NCBI RefSeq assembly: GCF_009914755.1
Contig: NC_060926.1
Direction: 5' to 3' (one strand)
Length of the DNA stretch: 64,000 bases
DNA from: the human T2T-CHM13v2.0 reference genome, Homo sapiens
This document shows, piece by piece, positions 52,268 through 64,000 of this stretch (its first letter is position 1; every line of letters begins with the position of its first letter). A model generated the notes under the pieces. It did not search any database. It saw only the letters and a list, made by a program, of their open reading frames with translations, and was not told the origin of the DNA. A program made the translations under genes and the position numbers.

Positions 52268-54862
52268 TCAAGCTACAAAATACAGTCTGAACCACTCACC
52301 ATGTTTTAAACACAACACAATACTGTATATTATTTATGAAATATACAAATGTTATAAGCTATTTAAAAACCAGAAAGCATACACCACTTTCAGGACAGGT
52401 GCATATCTACGAAGAAAGGGTAAAAGAGAAAGGTTATTGGGTGAACCATTCAACTGCACAGTAACATTTTCTCTTTTAAAAAGGATTCAAAATCAATATG
52501 GCAAATATTATGTATTAGATTAATGCAATGGCTACTTGGGTATCTATTTTATCTTTCTCTGTCATTTTTGTAAGTTTGAAATACATTACAATTGTTTTTA
52601 ATGAAACATTTTAATTTGCCTCAAAATTTACTTCCACAGACAGGCAAGAAAACTTACCTTTACTGAAATGACTCAATGAAATAATCCTCTCAACAACCCA
52701 GTAACTTAGCTATTAGTCCCATTTCACAGAGAGGAAATGTGGATCTTCGAAGATGTTTTTTTAAAAATTATTTAAGATTCTACAGTTAAAAGGTAATGCA
52801 TGCATCAAGATTTCTATCTTTTAAACCCATGCTGTTTCCACTATACCAAACTGCTATTCGATGTTATAGGATAATTCTTAAACAGATCAATCACTGTTCC
52901 CCAGTGATACAGCCATAGAAAGGAGACTCAAATCAGTCCACATAATGATGCTTATCATTTAAAATAAATCCCTAGTATTAGCTAATCGACTCTTATGAGT
53001 AAAAAACTACAAGCGCAGAATAAGAATAGGTTTAAAGGGCTTGTTTTTGCTTGGGAAAGGTGGATTCGCTAACATCTGGTATTTGAGATTTCTAGCTCCC
53101 TAAAGTTCCAGATTAAACTAGATGTTTAGGAAAAAACTAGAGCAACCAAAATAATCACAATTACAAATACACATAACCCTTCCTTACCAGACATATCACG
53201 GGGCAAAAAACTGCTTACTAAAGAATGGTCAACACATTTGTAATTCAATTATTTATCATGGGCCTATGACTGAGTTAATACTGTCAATATTTAATTAGCC
53301 ACAGCCACACCGTACAACAGTGAGTCTCACACCCACTAGAGTTTAAGAACCATCTGGGTAACTGGCTCAGAATACAGATTCTTAGACCCCACCTCCAGAG
53401 TCTGATTCAGCTGATCCATGGAGTCCAGAAATCTACATTTTTAACAAGCACCCCACTAACCAGCACCATGCTAATTCTGACACAAGGGGTGAAAGGTCTA
53501 GAACTGGAGGTGCATAAATCTTTATTCTTTCAATAGTCACTGAACACCTACAACACAGTTCTGAGAACTACAGATTCAGTAGTAAAACAAAATTAAGAAC
53601 AACAACAAAAATCCTGCCCTTAGGAGTTTACATCCTAAAGACAGAGCAATAGAAAACATATGTGTGATGTCAGCTAGTGTTAAGTGCTACAGAGAAAAGT
53701 AAAGCGAGCCAAGGGAAATGGAGGCAGGAGTTGTCATTGAAGACAGTAGTCACAGATAACTTCTCCTACAAGATGACATTTGAGCAAAGAACTGAAAGAC
53801 ATGGACATCTGGAGGAAAAGAGGAAAACATTATTAGTAACTTTCTCATCCCTCAAAATAATTCACTGTATGAAATAATTTTAGGTGTTGTAGCTTTTACT
53901 ACAGAAGAGTGAAAAACACAGAGTGCCGACTATGTGCCTATTATCTCTTTAAACCTCAAAATCACTTTGTGGAGTAGCTATGAGTTTCCTTGTTTCCATA
54001 AAGGAGTACACTGAAGCTCAGATAAAGCAATCTGCGAGGATACACATTTTGTAAGTAATCAACTGAGGATGCACAACCAGGTCTTTCTAATTGTCAAAAT
54101 GCATCATCCTCCAACTAAGCCAAACTGTTAGCATCTTTATTATCAAATGAGCATGTCTGCTGAATAAACTCAGATCTGAATTCTTATATGCTCAGTACTT
54201 CTAGAAACCTGAAAAAAGCTACCAAAAATACAAGTTGTTTATTAAAAAGGTGGGGGGGGGGGTTATTTATCATCTTTATAACAAATCTTGGCATACAGCT
54301 ATTTTTCCAAAAATTCCCTAGTTAATATGTATTTATACAGTCAGCAAATCATTTACACAGTCTCCCAATATTTGGGGAACAATTTTTTCTTCATAAACTT
54401 TCTAGAAGGGCAAGTATTAAATTGCATACCTTTAAAATATAAGATGCAATAAAAGTATATTTGCCCATCTTTGGCAAGATAAGCACATATATTTAAATAT
54501 AAGTAAATGTGTAACTCACTGTTTCCTATTCACCAACTCCAACAATTCTCAGGACACCTACTATCCAATCTGTCATGAATTACGAGGAAGACCTCCCATC
54601 CTACCTACTTCACACTGGTAACTAGAGAGCAAGGCACTATACTAGACAGAAGTATAATTCAATAATAACAGTCTTTACTCTTAACGGTTCTAACACAAAA
54701 AGTATAAAAGGATACTGTAAAATAAAGGAAATGCTATTTGAGTACAAAAGTAGCCCTTTTTGGATTATCTAAACTAGGGTTATCAATAAAGACATTCTGA
54801 AGACGGCTGCACCTCTTAAGCCCTGAGGATCAGATTAAGGCTAACTTTAAAAATGTAGTCTA

Positions 54863-55225
<363 letters not shown>

Positions 55226-55642
55226 TCAGAGCAGAGGAGAGAGAGTCAAAGCTGTGTTGCAGAGATAAACTCAAAGTGATGAGTAAGAAGTGTAATGCGC
55301 AAATCAGATATAAGGCAATTTCAAGAGCCCGAATATAAAGTGAGAAGCCCAAAGTCAAGAGGTGACAGTAAAAATGGAAGAGCTAGTTCTTAAACATCAT
55401 TCTCTGTGGCCTTAGGCCAAATTATTCCATATTTGTTATATGAAACACTCACTTTTCTTACATGCCTTATAAAACGACAATGTACTACATTCCTATTTCC
55501 GGAAGTATTTTTAGTACAATGACTCTAAGAGCTCCAAGATTTTGTAGCACACGGATCAAGAATTAATCGAAAACACAGAAGGTTTCCTTGACTCAGGCAT
55601 ATAGTTTAAGAATTCTCTTTTAGGCTCAAAAAATAACTTTGT

Positions 55643-55944
<302 letters not shown>

Positions 55945-56012
55945 TTAAGAGTTGTAAAGTATCAAGCCATAAAAGAACTCTGAAATTTGGGATAGCCAGT
56001 TAGCAAGGGAAT

Positions 56013-56014
<2 letters not shown>

Positions 56015-56048
<34 letters not shown>

Positions 56049-56088
56049 TACACACACACACACACACACAAATACACACACACACAAA
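56015..56088. repeat. Compound microsatellite [TA(CA)nAA]x3, n=15,10,6
   Basis: Direct count. Confidence 0.95.
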
Positions 56089-56253
56089 TTTAGAATATTT
56101 AAATTTAGAATAGACACTTAGATCGAATAGGGCTACTATGACAAATTTCAAAAAGCTTTAAGCCAATACTCTGGAAATTTAGACACTAAGTTCCATTCTG
56201 CCACATCTCTCTACCTCAGATGACTGTTACAGCAGCAGTTTAAAAAAAGAGAA

Positions 56254-56852
<599 letters not shown>

Positions 56853-58202
56853 TCAAATTCCAGACTTGGCTCAATACAGACAAAATTCCTACTACAAGAG
56901 CAGCCGTGAAAAGAAGGGAATGGTGCCAAAAGGAGACAAATAAACACCCCTCCAACTAGATAAAATGTGACTAATTTGAAAAAAAAAAAAAAAACAAAGA
57001 TAAAGTCAGAGCTTCGCACTATACTCTCCTTTTGTCCCCTCTTAGTTTGGCAATTTGAGGGTACATGACAGGATTCCTTGTAGTAAATAAACACACACGC
57101 TCAAAAACAGGATGAAGGAAGGAGATGTTAGCACAGTTTTTAAGTTGCATTTTGAGCTCCTCAGATAATTTTTCCAGGAATTATCCAGTTACTTAAACCA
57201 ATTATTTGCTCTATTTGGCTACAGGAAAATAGCCCCATTCCTTTTTTTATTAAACATACTCTAATACCATTTGGTCTTTCAGTTGCCTCTATCTAATTGC
57301 TTTTAAGTATTTTTTAAGCATCTCTTTTAGATTGAAAATTCTCAGAAATCAGGGTCAAATGTTTAAATTATGTCATAAAAAGTTACCAAAATACTGCCTA
57401 TCTTTTTTATCTTCAAACCAGTGGCATAGCCTACACTTTGCTCTCTAAGATCTACCCATTCTTCAAAGCACGACAAAGCCTCCCTCTTCCATGAAGTATT
57501 CCTCAACAACTCTAGCACACGGCAATTTCTACTTCAGAACATATAAGCTTAACGATAAACTTAACTCACAAATATGCATAAAGTCTCTATGATCTACGTG
57601 AAAGCTTAGAACAAGCATCTGTCTACATTATTTTTTGTAGGTATTCACTATAAGCAGCTCAAAAGCCCTTTTATAAGGTAGGTACACAGTATGTCAACTA
57701 AAACTATCAAGGGAAAAAAGCTAATTATTTGTCTAAGTATGGTCCTCTATTTGCCTGTCCCATTCCGGCCTCTAGTCCCAAAAGAAAACTAACCCCAGCC
57801 CCTTCATGTCCTACCCTCAAGAGAAGAGATGATAACTTTGTGCACTTAGTACATGCCAAACACTTTAAGACATTATCTTTATTACTATTATTATTTTTTT
57901 TAGCAACAGAGTCTCACTATGTCGCCCAGGCTCAGCTCCATCCTGCAGCCTCAGCCTCCCAAAGTGCTGGGATTAAAGGCACGAGCCACCGCACACAGCC
58001 AAGACATTATCTTTTAATCTTAGAACTTTTCAGGTAGGTTTTTTTTTAGGTTTTAAGAAACTAAAACTTATTTGTAGAGATCTGAACCTAGCTTCTAAGC
58101 TTGCTTTTCTTCTACCACGCTACTAGGCACTGAAACAGATGCCCACTCTCCGACAATAAAAAGAGATACGAATAAACAATCAATATATGATTAACAATTT
58201 AA

Positions 58203-59468
<1,266 letters not shown>

Positions 59469-59938
59469 CTAAAGACTAAGACTACCACTAATAAGTTCAA
59501 AAAAATTGCCAATTTATTTAAGAAAAACATGAAAGAAACCAACACACACAATTCTCACCAAAAAAATACAAAATTAAAAAGCAAATATGAAAAATAATTT
59601 CCTGCATGCAAACAGGCTTTTACAAAACAATAAAAGAAATACTGGGAAATGCTCAAAAAATATTAAAAAGCAATTAATAAAAAGAAGTCAGAGCTGGGCA
59701 CAGTAACTAACGCCTGTAATCCCAGCACTGAGAGGTGGAGGTTGGAGGATCGCTTAACCCCAGGAGTTCGAGACTAGCCTGGGCAACATAGTGATACCTC
59801 ATCTCTAAAAAAGTAAATAAACTAATTCACATTTTCAATTTCCATATCACTATTCCAACATCAACTACAATCAAAAAATTGCAAATTAAACTGTAATATG
59901 CCCATTTTTACCTATATGTTGGCATTTATTTTTAATTA

Positions 59939-60620
<682 letters not shown>

Positions 60621-60752
60621 AAAATTAAAGTGCTGATAAAAAGAAAACAGCAATTTATGAAGATGCTATTAATAGCCATCTTGAAAAAATTCTAAGAACA
60701 GGGGTGTTTTCCCGTCAAAACTCCTCTCGGATTTGTCATTAAAAAAAATCAA

Positions 60753-61330
60753 AGCCGGGCGCGGTGGCTCACGCCAGTAATCCCAGCACTTTGGGAAGCC
60801 GAGGCAGGTGGATCACGAGGTCAGGAGATTGAGACCATCCTGGCTAACACGGTGAAACCCCGTCTCTACTAAAAAAAATACAAAAAATTAGCCGGGCGAG
60901 GTGGCGGGCGCCTGTAGTCCCAGGTACTCGGGAGGCTCAGGCAGAAGAATGGCGTGAACCCCGGGGGGCGGAGCCTGCAGTGAGCCGAGATCCCGCCACT
61001 GCACTCCAACCTGGGCGACAGCGAGACTCCGTCAAAAAAAAAAAAAAAAAAAAAGAAAGAAAATCAAGACCGGGCGGTCGCTCACACCTGTAATCCCAGC
61101 ACTTTGGGGGCCGAGGTGGGTGGATCACCTGAGGTCAGGAGTTTGAAACCAGCCTGGTCTGTCTCTACTAAAAATACAAAAATTAGCCGGGCACGGTGGC
61201 GGGCACCTGTAATCTCAGCTGCTCGGGAGGCTAAGGCAAGAGAATCACTTGAACCTGGGAGGCGGAGGTTACAGTGAGCCAAGATCGCGCCACTGCGCTC
61301 CAGCCTGGGAGACAGAGTGAGACTCTGTCC

Positions 61331-61368
<38 letters not shown>

Positions 61369-61855
61369 ACCCAGCCAGCACAGTGGCTCATGCCTGTAAT
61401 CCCAGCACTTTGGGAGCCCAAGGCGGGCGGATCACTTGTGGTCAGAAGTTTGAGACCAGCCTGACCAACGTGGTAAGACCCGTCTCTACTAAAAAATACA
61501 AAAATTAGGCGTGGTAGCGGGTGCCTGTAGTCCCAGCTACTTGGGAGGCTGGGGCAGAAGAATCTCTTGAACCCAGAGGTGGAGGTTGCAGTGAGCCAAG
61601 ACTGTGCCACTGCACTCCAGCCTGAGTGACAGAGCAAGACTCGATCTCAAAACGAAACAAAACAAAACAAAACAAAAAAATCAACCCCTGGCCCAGCAGG
61701 GTAGTGCAAGCCTGTAGACCTAGCTACATAGTAAGCTGAAATGGCGGGGGTGGGGGGTGCACCCCAGAAGTTCAAGGTTGCAGCGAGCTATGATTGAGCC
61801 ACTGCACTCCAGCCTGTGCAACAAGGCTAGCCCCTATCTCGGGGGGGAAAAAAAT
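60753..61855 (+). mobile_element. Head-to-tail stack: AluYe5-like, AluS, AluS, FRAM-like monomer
   Basis: Four Alu-family units separated by aaaatcaa(ccc). Confidence 0.9.
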
Positions 61856-62108
61856 AAGGAAAAAAATACAAAAAGATAAAAAAGATTAGGAAATGGCAAA
61901 AATCAACTCCCCCATTCTGATAAAGGTGAAATTAAACCAACTTTTGGCATCCCACAAATTCATTCACTGAAATTTTTAAAAAGCTCTCCATTTACCATGC
62001 CAACTTTCCTCCTTTGAGGAGTTTCTTTATAGAAGGCTTTCAAATTTCTAAATGGCATTTATAGGGTTTATCTCTTTAATTAAAAAAAAAAAAAAGAAAG
62101 AAAGAAAT

Positions 62109-62805
62109 GGCTGGGTGTGGTGGCTGATGCCTGTAATCCCAACACTTGGGAGGCAGAGATGGAAGGATCACTTGAGTCCAGAAGTTTGAGACTAACCTGG
62201 ACAACACAGGGAGACCACATCTCCACAAAAAATTTTAAAAACTAGCCAGGTGTGGTAGCACACTCCTGTAGTCTTAGTTACTGAAGAGGCTGATTCAGGA
62301 AGATTACTTGAGCCAGGGAGGTCAAAACCGCGGTGATCACGCCACTGCACTCCAGCCTTGGCAACAGGGCAAGACCTCGTTTCAAAAAACATAGAAACAA
62401 AACAAAATTTTTAAAAAAATTACTGTAAGTTTGCTAGGGTAGATATTAACCACTGGGAAGGAAAAAAAAAAATGTTACAGAAAAACATTACAGACCCAGG
62501 CAGGGTGCGGTGGCTCATGTCTGTAATCTCAGCACTTTGGGAGGCCAAGGTGGGTGGATCACCTGAGGTCAGGAGTTCGAGACCAGCCTGGCCAACATGG
62601 TGAAACCCTGTCTCTATTAAAAATACAAAAATTAGCTGGACGTGGTGGCACGCGTCTGTAGTCCCAGATACTCAGGGGCTGAGGCACAAGAATCGCTTGA
62701 ACCCACGAGGTGGAGATTGCAGTGAGCCAAGATCACGCCACTGTACTCCAGCCTGGGTGACAGAGGGAGGCTCTGTCTCAAAATAAATAAATACATAAAA
62801 ATAAA
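62109..62805 (+). mobile_element. AluJ (62109-62400) and AluS (62498-62805)
   Basis: Alu bodies; second has TSD ~aaaacat..a.agacc. Confidence 0.88.
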
Positions 62806-63093
62806 ACATCATAGACCTAGTATTAAAATCCAAGCCTCCATTCTAAATCCATTTCAAAAATCATAGGAAGTTTGCAGAACTCAAGTTAAAATGTTAAAGA
62901 TGGATGTAGTTCTAATCACTGTCCATGACTCTATTCTAAAGGATTAAATGAAGGGAAAAATAAGGTTTTTATGAGATTCACTGTTAGTATGGTTTCATGT
63001 TAATTGTTTTTTTTTTTTTTTTTGGCAATCCTGTGCATAACAGACCCAAGTTAGATTTTGCAGATTTACTGTTTGAAAAGCCAATGCACTATA

Positions 63094-63403
63094 CAGTCAA
63101 GTCAGCCCTCCATATCTATGGGTTCTACATCCATGAATTCAACCAACCAGGAATAGAAAAATTATTTAACTGCATCTGTACTGAACATGTACAATTTTTT
63201 CTTGTCATTATTCCCCAAGCATACAGTATAACAATGATTTACATTGTATTAGGTATTATAGTGTAGAGATTCAAGTGTACGGGAGGATGCACATAGGTTA
63301 TATGCAAATACTATACCATGTTCCAGGGACTGGAACATCCTTGAATTCTGTCATCAGAGGGAGGTTCTGGAACTAATTTCCCATGGATACCAAGGGACAA
63401 CTG
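63094..63403. mobile_element. MER2 (Tigger/pogo-derived MITE)
   Basis: TA|cagtc...ccctccatatc...ccatggataccaagggacaactg|TA: TIRs and TA TSD. Confidence 0.88.
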
Positions 63404-64000
63404 TACTTGGAAACTGCCATAACCTTAAACTATGAAATTAACTCATATGAAATCCTGCAATTGAAATAAACAATTCCAGAAGAACTACTTTGCCACAGGA
63501 TTGTCTAAAATGCACATTTATTAAAATGAAGATAGCTAAGAAGCATGAATGATCACATCTTATGTTAATAACTGAACAAACACCTTCCAAGTTGCCTATT
63601 TTGAAAATTACTTTTTAGTTCAAAGTCTCATCTTAAATAACCACCCATTATGGTAATAACCACCTCCGACAGAATATTTGGCAGTGGGTTAAGCACTTTT
63701 AACACATTTGATACTTACAATAACCCTATCATGAACATATTATCAGCATTTTACAGCTAAAATTTAAAACTTGCCTACCACCCTTGCCCAAACTAAATCT
63801 CTGTCCACAGGAAAAAATTATAACTTTTTATTGCAAATATACACATTATATATAATAGCATAATAACACAAGTAGTCACACTGGTACATTCTTACATATA
63901 TGTTACTGTGCCTTAAGACAGTTTTACAAACTTTAAAGTACTACAAAACACTTGCACCCTATCATCTGTTTCCCACGACAGCCTTGTTACGGATTATCAC

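Noticed and set aside
60745-61913. Regularly spaced short direct repeats resembling a CRISPR-like array
   Set aside because: The 'spacers' are Alu elements and the repeats are TSDs; eukaryotic intron with no cas genes.
62800-64000. ATL2 promoter or exon 1 at the right end
   Set aside because: AT-rich, no CpG island and no N-terminal coding sequence; the first exon must lie beyond the window.

Overview
Primate genomic DNA, almost certainly human or great ape. The whole window lies inside ATL2 (atlastin-2, a dynamin-like ER-fusion GTPase), transcribed on the minus strand. Eight coding exons (numbered 2-9 from my recollection of the gene) were mapped to the base with canonical AG/GT boundaries. 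They splice into one continuous frame carrying the P-loop GAFRKGKS, switch-I ETTG, DTQG and RD motifs. Exon 1, the promoter and the 3' exons are outside the window. The rest is intron packed with transposon relics: about 65-70 Alu/FLAM/FRAM/FAM copies (roughly 3:1 antisense to ATL2 by eye count), old L1M fragments including a ~7.4 kb ancient L1, a young 5'-truncated L1PA3-like copy, THE1 and MST solo LTRs, MER1B, MER2, MER20, Charlie5/MER33, MER5, L2 and MIR. I see no new gene, RNA gene or CRISPR-type system, and most non-ATL2 ORFs in the track are Alu/L1 artefacts. The best leads are structural: (1) an Alu whose target-site duplication copied the exon-5 splice donor, with the spare copy since disabled; (2) exons that start with GT and regenerate 5' splice sites; (3) phase-0 exon blocks that would give stop-free circRNAs; (4) four Alu-family insertions stacked at one site; (5) candidate UG-repeat and Alu cryptic exons. 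Repeat subfamily calls and repeat boundaries are by eye and approximate.
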